Positions 38,815 through 51,471 of a stretch of DNA of 64,000 nucleotides are shown here, piece after piece. The notes beneath the pieces were generated by a model. It had not been told where the DNA came from. It searched no databases and saw only the letters and a list, made by a program, of their open reading frames with translations. The translations under genes were made by a program, and so were the position numbers. The stretch is taken from assembly GCA_038087875.1 (NCBI GenBank), contig CM075989.1:7318001-7382000 (forward strand), read 5' to 3'. Source of the DNA: Malacoraja senta. Taxonomy: Eukaryota. The stretch's first letter is position 1. Each line of letters starts with the position of its first letter.

Positions 38815-39245
38815 CCGAAGATAGACACAAACTGCTGGAGTAACTCAGCGGGACAGGCAGCATCTCTGGAGAGAAGGAATGTGTGAGGTTTTGGGTGGAG
38901 TCTAAATATATAGGTTTGAAATCGACAAATCAAAGCAGATGATGATAAGGAAATAGAGAATGGTTCATGGTTAGCTGAGAGGAAGGTGACAATGGGGCAT
39001 AATATCAGTAATATTTAACCAGGAGGCCCATAGATTTAGTTGGAGACCTAGGATGGGGGAGGGGCCGAGAGAGTGGGAAAGCAAGGGTTACTTGAAGTTA
39101 GAGAAATTAATATTCATAAAGCTGGGTTGTAAGCTGCCCAAGCACAATATGAGGTGCTGTTCCTCCAATTAGTGTTGGGCCTCACTGTGACCATGGAGGA
39201 GGCCCAGGACAGATGGGTCAGTATGAGAATGGGAGGGGATGTTAA
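38815..39245 (-). mobile_element. Degenerate Penelope-like 3' fragment
   Basis: Homologous to 24100-24290 (gcaagggtta cttgaagttagagaa...ggaggaggcccaggac) plus the terminal repeat. Confidence 0.8.
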
Positions 39246-39379
39246 ATCTATTCCTTCCACAGTTACTGCTTGACCCACTGGTGACATTAAGGGTCCTGAC
39301 CCATCACCTATCCATTTCCTCCGCCTGACCCACTGAGTTAATCCAGCACATTATGTTTTGAATTAACTACATGCGTTCC

Positions 39380-39476
39380 ATCTTGTATGAATTAGTTCAT
39401 AAATTTCTATCAATGACTAAAAGCCGACTCTTTGCAATCTGAAGGAGAGAAATTTATGAACTAATTCATACAAGAT
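39380..39476. repeat. Perfect 29-bp inverted repeat with 39-nt spacer
   Basis: atcttgtatgaattagttcataaatttct (39380-39408) and agaaatttatgaactaattcatacaagat (39448-39476). Confidence 0.92.
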
Positions 39477-39745
39477 TGCCTAATAAACAGGTGCGGAGGG
39501 AGGATGCTGGTTGAAACTAAAGACAGACACAAAAGGCTGGAGTAACTCAGCGGGTCAGGCAGCATCTCTGGGGAAAAAAGGAATACTGTAGGTAATGTTT
39601 CGGGTCGAGACCCTTCTTCAGACTGGTGTTTAATAAACAGGTGTTTTGTTAATCAGTACATAGTCTTATGCCTGGTCTGTTGCTGTACAGAGTTTAGAAT
39701 CTTTCTCTGATCATTCTTTAAACCTGCTTGGGCGATGGCATGGAA

Positions 39746-40113
39746 AAGATTGTTAAGGGCTTGGACACGCTAGAGGCAGGAAACATGTTCCCAATGTTGG
39801 GGGAGTCCAGAACCAGGGGCCACAGTTTAAGAATAAGGAGTAAGCCATTTAGAACGGAGACGAGGAAACACTTTTTCTCACAGAGAGTGGTGAGTCTGTG
39901 GAATTCTCTGCCTCAGAGGGCAGTGGAGGCGGGTTCTCTGGATGCTTTCAAGAGAGAGCTAGATAGGGCTCTTAAAAATAGGGGAGTCAGGGGATATGGG
40001 GAGAAGGCAGGAACGGGGTACTGATTGGGGATGATCAGCCATGATCACATTGAATGGTGCTGGCTCGAAGGGCCAAATGGCCTACTCCTGCACCTATTGT
40101 CTATTGTCTATTG
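39746..40113 (+). mobile_element. CR1 3' end
   Basis: KGLDTLEAGNMFPMLGESRTRGHSLRI...FFSQRVVSLWNSLP; (ctattgt)3 tail. Confidence 0.93.
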
Positions 40114-43100
40114 AATTTGGAGTCATGGCAGTCTGGCCTTTTCCCAGTTTTCTAAATTAGCAGTGAGATACTCACAAAGAAAGGGATAAAGATGATTCTT
40201 TGCAGGCTCACGGTCACCAGTTTTGTTAAACGGCTGCTGGGCTGTCGTTTGGTCTGATCAGTCTGTCATCATACTTTGCCAAACAAACTGTAGAGCATCT
40301 GGATGCATTGTGCCTTGTGGCCCTGAGGGATCTGCTCCTGGAACCCGACGCCCTGACCAATGAGTACTGTTGTCAACGTTTGGGAGATTGCTGAAAGATA
40401 TATAGCAATCAACAGGAGAATTATTCTGGAAAGGGTAGATAGAAATAAACCAAGTTAAAGGAAATATGAAATGAACCAGGATAATTGGCAGCGGTACAAT
40501 CAGGCACAGGAAGAAAGCTTGATGGGAAAATCACTATGTATAAAATTGAAAAAACACAGGAAAAAACCTGCACCATTGACTGGTATCTCAGCATTGATTC
40601 TGGTGTCAATGGAAGCCTGATCTACCTTTACCTCTAAATAGCACTTACAGCAGCAACATCTGATCATTGACTGGGACGTCGGTACTTTGGATTGTCATGG
40701 AAAGGGCTTTGATATTCAACATGTCATCATCCGTCACACCCATCTCTGGTGTCGCAAGTCAGGGTTCTGGTTGAGGTTTTTTTTTTACTGTTGTGGAAGC
40801 TGTTATAGTTCTTGGTTCCTGGTAGGCACAGTTCACCACATCTTCCGTAGACACAAAATGCTGGAGCAACTCAGCGGGACAGGCAGCATCTCTGGAGAAA
40901 AGGAGTGGGTGACGTTTTGGGTCGAGACCCTTCTTCAGACTGATCAGAGGAGGGGGCGGGACAAAGATCACCACATGTTCCTGCAGGAAGGAACTGCAGA
41001 TGCGGGTTTACACTGAAGATAGACACAAAATGCTGGAGTAACTTGAAGTATCTCAGCCCAAAACAACACCTAGTCCTTTTCTCCAGAGTTGCTGCCTGAC
41101 CCGCTAAGTTACTCCAGCATTTATGTCTTATCGCATGTTCCAGCAGATTGGGTTGAGAGTTCAGGTTTTTGTTTATTATTGTCATGTGCACCGAAGTACA
41201 GTGAAAGGCTTTGTTTGCACACTATCCGATTAAGTCAGATAATATGATACATAAATACAATCAGACCAAACTCGAGTACAACAGGTAGAGTAAAGTAGAA
41301 GGTATAGTGTGCAGAATATAGTTCTCAACATTAGCACAAAAGTTTCACAGACAGTCCAATGCCTGCAATGAAGAGAAGTGGACAGCAGCACCCTAGTTTA
41401 TTGAAGGACCTTTCAGAAGCATGGTAAGGGGAAGTAGCTGTTCTTGAGTCTGATGGTGCGCACTTTCAAGCTTCTGTATCTCTGTCCTGTTGAGGATAGG
41501 GAAGCACTTGCAACCTCTTCTGTCAAACAATCCGAAAATTATTCCAAAGGGTCATGGGATGATTGACTTCTTGAGTAATTTAAAATCAAGATTAACTCTA
41601 AATGTATCCATTGAATAATAATATTAATTTCTGATTAATATTCTGCAAATGTATTTTTCTAACAGTTACAAAAATATTTGATTTTGAAGAAGGCAGCGTT
41701 AATTAACCGGGCAGATTTGATTTATTCCAACGTATATCTTCCTATCCAAATTCATTTTATGCAGTTTTTCCAAAAGAAATTGGTTTACGTTTGGGATTAG
41801 TGATGTACCGTCTCCAGGAGAATTCTCCAGTTTACTACAATGAATCTTTCAGTAATTGTGTGAAATGATCACGGGAAATAGTGTTTGGTTTTCATGGCGC
41901 ACAGACGAGAACCTCAGAGCATATACTTGGTTGTGTGCTTGACTGGATGGGAGGGAATGCGCAGTGGCATATCTATGATGCAGATGTGGTTTCCAGGGTA
42001 GTGATGCTGTGGATAAAAGAAGCTCAGTTTAGTTTATTGTCACACATACTGAGGTACAGTGAAAAGCGTTTGTTGCGTGCTAACCAGACAGCGGAAAAGT
42101 CAATACATGATTACAATCAAGCTATTTACAGTGTATGGATACATGATTAGGGAATAACTTTTAGTATAAGGTAAAGCCAGTAAAGTCTAGCTCAGGCAAG
42201 ATGATGGTGACATGTAGCATTACCCATCTTAATGTTCTTGACCACCGATTTTATGTCACGATTGTGAATTTTGTAAGTGATTTTCCGTAACCCGAACAGG
42301 GGTTGCCTGTAACGTTATTGTCATAATGTTTTAAATATTCTTTCGCAATTGTGCTGCGTACATTGACTATATGACTCGCCAACATGGATATAATTGGGTA
42401 ATTCCAAGGTGAGTGGCATTACCACTGAGCAAGATCGATTGCTTTTGTGCATTTTACCTGTAACTGGCCTCCTTCACTCACTGTATTCTCTGCAGATTGC
42501 TTTGACTTTGATGGGGGTGTAGCCGTAACACCTCCCCTTCCCTCCCTACTTTGACTAGACTGTTTTCTGAGTAAATTGCCTTTGTTTGCTGTGATGCGTC
42601 TTGCCCTCGAGCCCGTCACCTGATACACTAACTAATAAAGTCAGAGAATTGGCATTATTTCATTGCTGTTCGTCAGTGTTTAATGTACACAAGTTGACTC
42701 CCATGTTTCCTACAGCACTACAGAAATTATACTGTGAATGCAATTTTGAGACATCTTGAGCTCATGAAAGATATTCAAAGTCAAGTGCATTTCTGTCTCA
42801 GTATTTAGCGTTGCAAAATTTCCATTCACTTGACGAGAATCAGATCTCCTGCCCAATCCCACACCCATCCACCCAAACACAAATCAGAGGGATCCAAATC
42901 CCAGTTTGAGGCTTTTCCTTTCATCTGCCTGCTCGGCATTTGAATTGAAAGATTCAGCCGTATCCAGTGTCTTGCTGCAGATTCATCCTGGGAATCGTTA
43001 ATACTCCCGAAGCACGCATGCTTTAAAATAAAAATCTTTAATTACACAATGGTTGTTCAGTAAATGATTACTAATTCAAATAAATATACATGAAGAACCT

Positions 43101-46100
43101 CTAATCTGTTATATTGCAGAAATGCAGATCGATGTTGTTGCCGATGTCAATTTTCTTTTTGGTTGGGTTATTATCACAGATTTTTAAAGTAATTTCATAT
43201 AAATGGGCCTCGGTATCTGGAATGTCAGTATTTTCCTGTTCTTCCCTTGCTCCTGTGATTGCCACCCCCATCCACCTCCATCTGCCCCCGTTTAAAATCT
43301 GGTTTATTTAACCCCTTTGTAAATCGGGGAGTGTCTGTATATATTCTGCACTCTGGTTCATTTTCTTTGAAGTACCTGCTGTACTTATGCCTTGCTTGAT
43401 TGCACCCATGTAGAGTATGATTTGACTGGGGAGCAAGCAAACAAAGCTTCTCATTGTATCTCAGTACATGCGACCATAATAAATCAAAGCTAATTCCAAT
43501 CTGTGGTTGGAGAAAGTTTGTGCTTTGTGTTGAGAACTGTTCACCAGAACAAGGAAAAAATTGCAGTGTTTGGGGGGGCGAAGAGAGAGAGAGAGAGCGA
43601 GCACAAAGGGATTATCTCTAAGGTAATATTATAATCAGAAGGTGTGACCTGACCCGATACATTAGTCTGAAGAAGATTCTGCAATCGGAGCATCATCTTT
43701 CCATTCCTTCCACAGATGCTGCCTGACCCGCTGAGTTCTTCCAGCACTTTGTGTTTTTACTCTCTAAGTAAGGTCGAGATTGAAGTGTTGATAAGTAAAC
43801 AAGGTCATTGAGTCAATATATTTAGAGAGTTAGAGTGACCAAAGGGATCTGAGGAAAGTACCCAACCACCTCCATCTGCCCCATTTACTTGTGGCAGCTT
43901 TCATTTGCCTCCTGGAGGCCTGCCCACCTCTAAACAGTTGCCTCCGTCTCCCACAAATGTTCCATACCTCCCTCTGCATTTGCAGATGTACCTGAGCACT
44001 CTAGCCCCTCGCTATTGCTCACCTGGGGTTGCATGCCATTTTCTCTCTTGGCACCATTTGCCCACTACCCTTCCTTGCTCTCCCCTTCCCCATATCATGT
44101 ATCAATACACTGTAAATGGATCGATTGTAATCATGTATTGTCTTTCTGCTGACTGGTTAGCACGCCACAAAAGCTTTTCACTGTACCTCGGCATACGTGG
44201 ACAATAAACTAAACTGAACTTAAGACTCTCTGCTTGCACCCATCATTTATTTCCAATGATTCAATGATACTCTATCGTCGCATGTACCTTTGTTTTACAT
44301 ACAACCGGGTAAAATCATGCAGCAGACCTCACAAAGGCAGTACACAAGTCACCACGTTGCTGGTGCTGGTAGTTACACAAAACAGAAGAGTCCTCTCTTC
44401 CCTCCCTATCTCCTTCCTGCCACCACTTACGGCAGCAGGCCTCTGAACGGAGAGTGTGCGGTCTGTGTGCCTTGTTGTCCCGTGTGTTGAACAGTAACAC
44501 CAGCAGCAGTGTTTGTGATTGCAGTTCTTTCCCAGTTGGAAAGCGACTCCGCTTTGCTTAGCAACTCACCCTCTGGCAGTCAGTTGGGAATTGTTTAAAC
44601 AGCAAGTGTATTCACCAGAGCATTGCAAGTCCACTCAACTTTGACTAATTAAATTAATCTTTCTGTTTCTTTGGTTCTATTTTTTAATATATTTATTGTC
44701 ATTAAATTTTAACTTGTTTCTGAGTGATACCAACTTCATCCTGGAATATGGTTTCGCCGGTTACGTAGCCTCTGGCATGGAGCCCAGGTTGTTATGGTTC
44801 CAACATCGAGAGACAGAGTGCTGTTGCAGGTAGTGCAGCTGCCTCAGATCCAGTGAGTGGGCTTTGATTCTGTGTATGTGGAGTTTGCATGTTCCTCCTG
44901 TGACCCCTTGAGTTTCTACCACGTCCCGCTCCAAAGGTACTTTGCTTTCCTCCCATGTGCTGAAGTTGCCGAACGGTTGTTCATCGACCTTTTAAGACTT
45001 TAGAGATACAGCGCGGAAACAGGCCATTTAGCCCACTGAGTCCATGCCGATATTGTGCATGGCTTCTGGTAGAACATTGCACTAGATTATGAGAGGCATA
45101 GATTGAGTAGACAATCAATGTCCCCATGTAGAAATGTTAAAGACTAGATGGCATACCGTAGCTTTAGGTGAGAGGGGCAAAGTTGAATGTAAATGTGCAG
45201 GGCAAGGTTTGTATAGCAGAGAGTGGTGGGTGCCTGGCACATGCTGCCAGGGGTGGTGGTGGAGGCAGATATGATAGTGGTGTTCAAATGGCTTTTAGGT
45301 GGCCACATGGATATGCAGGGAATGGAGGGATATGGATCACGTGCAGGCAGAGGAGATTAGTTTATCTTTTGCATCATGTTCGACACATTATGAGCCGAAT
45401 GGTCGTTCCTGTGGTGTTCTATGTTCTAAATGGGCAACCATTGGGTTTGCAGTCTCTGCAAATGCCCCTCTCAGTCCGACCGGTAGGAAGTAGATGAGTC
45501 TTCCCAGTTGATCACATTTTGGATGAAGTAGGTCTTTTTGGCCTTATAGTTCAGCAAGGTGTCAGTATTCCTGGCATTGTAGGTATTGTGTCAGTCAACT
45601 ATTCCCTACCATCAGTGGGCCTACAATGCAAATGTTAAAATCTTCACACTCTCCGCTCTGGCGATGGGAGAAGCTGATCAGCAAACAGCAGCCGGACCTC
45701 ATGTACGTCGTACCTATCGTGAGCAGCTCTGTGGCCATTTTCGTTCTGACATCCACTTTCCTCCCTGTAGTTGTACAGTTAGCAGGGCCTTGGGGAATGT
45801 GGTGGAACAGAGAGAATGAGGACGCAGTGTCCATGGTTCCACAAAAGTGATGTTGCATGTAGAAGGTGGATGACTGGTTGTGTATGGCAGCTTGCTTTTT
45901 TGGTTGGGTACAGGAATTGGGACGTCATGCAAGTCATTGGTGAGTCATATTTGGTGCAGTTCAGATGTAGTATAAAAACATATTTAACTGGTAAGGGTAG
46001 GAAAGGATTCACAAGGCTGTTACTGCGACATGAGGGTTTGGCGCTATAACGAGAGGCTGGCCTGTTTTTATTGTTGCCGAGGAGATTGAGGACTGAACAT

Positions 46101-48434
46101 ATAGAGGTATATAAAAATCATGAGGGGTATAGGCAAGGTCACTGTCTTTCTCCAAGGTTGGGGAGTTTAAAATTAGAGGGCATAGATTTATGGTGAGAGG
46201 GGAAGGATTTAAACGCAACTTTAAAACAACATTTATTTCCGCATTCAGATATTTTTAAAGTATTCTTCATATGAGCTAATAAATTAAATCTGGGTATGGT
46301 AACAGTAAAATATCCAAAAGATACTAATTGGTCAAAAGCACCTTATTATTATGTAATGTGCAGGAAGGAACAGCAGATGCTGGTTTAAACCAAAGATATG
46401 CTGGAGTAACTCAGCGGGACAGGCAGCATCTCTGGAGAGAAGGAATGGGTGGCGTTTCGGGTCGAGACCCTTCTTCAGACTCTGTTGTCAGATTATGTTG
46501 GTTTGCCTGGAATTGGTTGACTGGCTATGATGGTGGTTATGATACTGAACTTATAACTTGTTCCCTGAACTATTGATTCCATGAGCACAAATCCAAATCC
46601 TACCCAAAGCTTGATAATTTAAAAGCAGTTTTCGAAAACAAAAGTTAAAAATAATTCTGGAAAGATCAGGCTGATATCACAGACTTCGACATTGTATCCG
46701 TCGTGTTCTGGTGTTATTCAACCTGCATTGAAAACCATTTTCAGGTCTGTCTGACGACCTTGTGGCCATCTGTTGCTGTAAGGAAAGGAACACATGTTTA
46801 ATTAATTTATTTTGAGTTGGAAAACCTGTTATTAGTAGACGTGAGATCTAATTAAAACATAGAAGTCCTGTTGAGGACACAATGGGGTAGATGTCAAGGT
46901 TTAGCATTTAGTTTAGAGATACAGAGTGGAAACAGGCCCTTCGCCCCACCGAGGGAGCGCTGACTAGCGATACCCATGCACTAACACTATCCTATACACT
47001 AGTGGCATAGAGTGATACAGTGTGGAAACAGGCCCTTCGGCCCAACTTGCCCACACCGGCCAACATGTCCCAGCTGCATTCGTCCCACCTGCCAGCATTT
47101 GGTCCATATCCCTCCAAACCTGTCCTATCCATGTACCTGTCTAACTGCTTCTTAAATGTTGGGATAGTCCCTGCCACAACTACCTCCTCTGGCAGCTGGT
47201 TCCATGCATCCACCACCCTTTGTGTGGAGAAAGTTACCCCTCAGATTCCTATTACATCTTTTCCCCTAGGGACGCTAGGGACAATTTGCAATATTTACCA
47301 AAGCCAATTAACCTAAAACCTGTACTTCTTTTGAAGGGTGCGAGGAAATCTGAGCACCTGGGGAAAACCCAGTTGGTCACGGGAGAACGTACAAACTCCA
47401 CACAAACAGCACCCATAGTCAGCATCGAACCCGGGTCTCTCGCGCTACAAGGCACCAACCCCTGTTGTGCCACCTTTAAGGGTTGTGTTATATTTGTGTG
47501 GAAATCTCAATTCGGGACAAAGTTACAAGAGTCAGGTCAGTCATGTAACACTGAGGGGCTTAGGAACTTCTTGCAGAGAGTGGTGAATATGGAGGTTTGT
47601 GGAGGCAAGATCATTTGGGGGACATTTAAAGAAGCACATAATTTTTGGGAAAGATTAGGGAATTGTGTGCCAGAGAAATGGCAAAGGAATTGCTGTCTTG
47701 GACAGATCAGCTATAAATGTTGTTGAATGCTGGGATGGCTTGAGGTGCCAAGCTGAATCCTGTTCCATCATCGGGGAGTCTAGCTCCACTTAATGTTGGT
47801 GGACACTTCTCTAATTTCTCAAGGCATAATGAGAAGCCATTCAGCTCATGGAACATCTGCCAGCTTTCAGCAACCCCATCCTCTTCAGTGATTCTTTATT
47901 ATCACATGTACAGTGAAGTTGTTTTCTTGCATACATTTTGGTAAAGCATTACATACCTAACCTAAGCACAATCCACGATTAGTACAAAGTGTATAGAAAT
48001 GGTCCACTGAGACTGCATGCAAGAGTTGCCAGGTTTTGGCGCCATTTGCAACGTCCAGTCCGCGCTCTGTCTCTAAGAGCAGGGTCCGATCCAGGCGAGC
48101 CCCAGGCTGCTGCAAGGCCTCCAGCCATCGCCTCCGTCTGGATCATCCAGCGAGCTGTCGTCCCTCTCCTCGCCCGGCCATCTTCAGCTGCAGCCGACTT
48201 TGAGGACGGGGAAGGCAAAACCTCGGTTCGCTCTCTTACCAGCCCTTGCTCTTGCATCCACGACGCTGATCCCCTGGGTTCGCTGGTCACTGGGGGCCAA
48301 CTCGGCAGCTCCCTCTACAGGCCCCAGCGCACCAATCCTTCCTTCTGGCCACGCAGCCCGCTGGTCCTTCCTATTCATTTCCCAGGAAATTATTCTCCTG
48401 CTGTCCATCTTATGTACAGGAACCTATTAACCAA

Positions 48435-48664
48435 GGTAGATACAAAATGCTGGAGTAACTCAGCGGGTGAGGCAGCATCTCTGGAGAGAAGGAATGGGCG
48501 ACGTTTTGGCTCCTTCTTAAGACTCTTCTTCAGACTGAAGAAGGGTCTCGACCCGAGACATCGCCCATTGCTCCTCTCCAGAGATGCTGCCTCACCCGCT
48601 GAGTTACTCCAGCATTTTGTGTCTACCTTCGATTTAAACCAGCATCTGCAGTTCTTTCTTACAC
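48435..48664. mobile_element. Inverted doublet of the Penelope terminal repeat (representative of >30 short copies)
   Basis: Head-to-head arms centred on cttcagactgaag; 14-bp TSD aacctattaaccaa at 48421-48434 and 48665-48678. Confidence 0.9.
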
Positions 48665-49129
48665 AACCTATTAACCAACACGTCTTTGGGATGTGGAAGG
48701 AAACCAGAGCATGAGGTGGACGCCAATACAGTCATGGGAGAATTTTGTAAACAACTCGAGGTCAGGATCAAACCCAGTTCTATGGAACTGTGCGGCAATC
48801 TCTTCAAGTGTGAAGTAACAGCCTCATCAACGATGCTAAAGATAGCCAATGAGGACAAACAGAGAATGTTTCCTGGTTGTTTCTCATGTCATGATGTTGC
48901 TTTAGCTGTGTTGGTGAAGCACTGAGATCTATTAATATTGTTAGGAATAAAAGGATAGAAAGTAAAGGGTAAACGCTTCACTTGTATCTACTGGTTCTAA
49001 ATTCTGACTCTCATGAAAGGGTTGAAAAATGGAAAGAAATGACCATTGGACTAATAAGATCCTGGGGAATGCAATTTTAGTCACAGATGATGCCATGATT
49101 CCTGATTTCCAAAACGTGAACATTGACTT

Positions 49130-49553
49130 TATGAGGATGTTGCCAGGACCCGACTGCCTGAGCTATAGGCAGAGGTTGAGCAGGCGAGAAGCGCAAGATG
49201 ATCTTACAGATATGTACAAGATTATGAGAGGATTAGATTGGGTCAGTGCACAGTCTCTTGCCCAGAACCAGAGGACATAGGTTTAAGGTGAGTGGGAAAA
49301 GGTTTAATAGGAAACTGAGGGGTAATTCTTTTACACAAAGGGTGGTGGGTGTATGCAAGGAGGTGCCGGAGGAGGTAGTTGAGGCAGGTACTATCGCAAC
49401 ATTTAAGAAACATTTAGACAGGTACATGGATAGGATAGGTTTAGAAGAATATGGGCCAAATGCAGCCATGTGGGACTAGTGTAGACGGGACATGTTGGTC
49501 GGTGTGGGCAAGATGGGCTGAAGGGCCTGTTTCCATACTGTATGACACTATGA
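49130..49553 (+). mobile_element. CR1/HER1 3' end
   Basis: RTRGHRFKVSGKRFNRKLRGNSFTQRVVGV...TFKKHLDRYMDRIGLEEYGPNA. Related decayed copies at 17605-18045, 19125-19660, 21665-22130 and 47003-47265(-). Confidence 0.88.
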
Positions 49554-49624
49554 CTAAGTTAGATTCAATGCAACCAGGCTGAACTTCGTAGGCAATAATG
49601 CGTGCTTTTCTTTCTTCTCCACAG

Positions 49625-49921
49625 CACACAACTGTTGTGAGATGGTGAAAGTTATGCTGTACGCCTCGAAGGAAGGGGTTCCTGTTTCTGTGGTGGCGGA
49701 AGAGAATTTCCAGTACGTGCAAGATCCCACCTACGATATGGCACGGTTCCTGGTGAGCAGTGCTGGCTCCCAAGAGGCACTCAATGCCATCAGGATCATG
49801 GACAACTTCCGCATGTCCTCTGCCGACGTGACTCTGCTCGATAAAGATCTGACCTTAAAGGTGCAACATTTGGTGCTGCCTTCCAAGTGGAATGTCCTGG
49901 GGCCAGATATCAACCTGCAAG
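49625..49921 (+). CDS. AKAP13: AKAP13 third coding exon (AHNCCEMVKVMLYASKEGVPVSVVAEENFQYVQD...LPSKWNVLGPDINLQ)
   Basis: Acceptor cttttctttcttctccacag; donor GTAAGG at 49922; 297 nt, phase 1 to phase 1. Matches recalled human HDCCETVKVQLCASKEGLPVFVVAEEDFHFVQD...LPTEWNVLG much better than paralog ARHGEF28. The next exon (RETLMHFAV...) was not found, so the gene continues beyond the window. Confidence 0.95.
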
Positions 49922-51471
49922 GTAAGGTCTAGGCACGATTCAATGGTCTACACATGTATAAAAACAACGGCCATTCAACCCTACAACTGCTGCACCATCA
50001 GTGAAGGTCTGTGGTATCCTGCTCCCCAAATCCATCTTCTTGGCTTGGTCCTTGATATCCAAAGGCTAATGCCATGGCTGTGACCATTCCATTAATGGGA
50101 GAGTTTCAAGCAAGGAGATTTAAAGAGACAGATATTTAAAAACTGAGGGGCACAAGGATTTCCATTTGGAGGGTAGTGAATCTCTGGAATTCTCTGTCCC
50201 AGATGGATCCGAAGGCTGGATCACTGGAAGTATTTAAAAAGATTGTACGTAGATATTATTTTAAATATAGGGTGGAAATGGCCAACACTTGAGGGCATAG
50301 CTATAAGGTGAGAGGTGGAAAGTTTAAAGTTTAATGGAGATGTGTGGGGCAGGTCTTTTACCCGTGGAGTGGTGGTGGAGGAGGCAAATATGATAGTTTA
50401 AGAGGCTGTTAGATAGGCAGATGGAAGTGCAGGGAATTAACGGTGTATGTACCACGTACAGGCAGATGAGATCTGTATCATGTTTGGCACAAAAATGTCA
50501 TTGTGGCAAGTGTTCTACAGAGGAACGAGGGGTTGTGGCCTGGAGCATGGTCCTCAATGGCAGGGCCGGCTGAGATGCTCGCTGACACACTCTTGTGTTC
50601 TTGCATTTCTTGTACTCTCAACTCTGCAAATATATTTCAATTTCCAATTTTAAATCCATTTGCATTTCTCCCATTCTGCTCGACTGTCTACATGTGATTG
50701 ATTGATTGATACGATCCTCACTGTTCGGCTGACATCCTTTCGTGCCAATGGGAAATTTTGAAATTTATCTCTGTATTCCAACTTTTCCCAACATCCAAGT
50801 CGTATATAACGTGGGAATGTAGCCTTGCAAATCTCCTGAGTGAACCCTGTATCCACCGCACAGCCTCTGATGCTTGGAATCCTGCCAGCGTTATTGTTCC
50901 AAACAGGATTGGCAAGTTAATCAGTCCGAGAGTCTCTGTGCAACATTGGAGCAGTGCAAGATCAAGGAGTTTATGGAGGCATGGAGACTAGTTTATGAAA
51001 ATGCAAAAGTCAAAACATAAACTGTTAGAGATGCGGCTAGACTTGTGGAATATTTCCAGCACTCTGTTATGATATGAAATGCAATCCGATTATAAGTAGT
51101 TCAAAACTTGTTTTTCATTGATACCGATGCAGTGTTTGGAATATCAGCATCATGTTAGTATTCTGGCCAAAACAAAGGGCTACAGTGGAACTCAGTGGGT
51201 CAGACAGCAACTGTGGAGGGAATGGACAGGCGATGTTTGTGTGGGACCCTTCTTCAGACTAAGGGTATTCCTCAGCATTCTGGCCAATTGCTCAGAATCC
51301 TTTCACTGTTCCTACCAACAATAAGCTTGGATTTCACTGCAGTTTTAGGCAGTCCAGGTTAGGAAAAGCACACCTGATATTTTCTATTATTAATTTGACA
51401 ATTTTTTGACAATCTGATTGATTGTATTTGTGAAATTTATTTATTTTTTGAAAAGAAAAGTTAATGACATG

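Noticed and set aside
47989..48714. Longest ORF in the track (241 aa, +)
   Set aside because: It runs through a GC-rich repeat and a Penelope palindrome; KKGLDP...SRDAA...ELLQHFVS is repeat translation seen in many ORFs here.
49625..49921. ARHGEF28 as gene identity
   Set aside because: All three exons match recalled AKAP13 residues (QAPLY, HxCCE, ASKEGxPVxVVAEE, WNVLG) far better.
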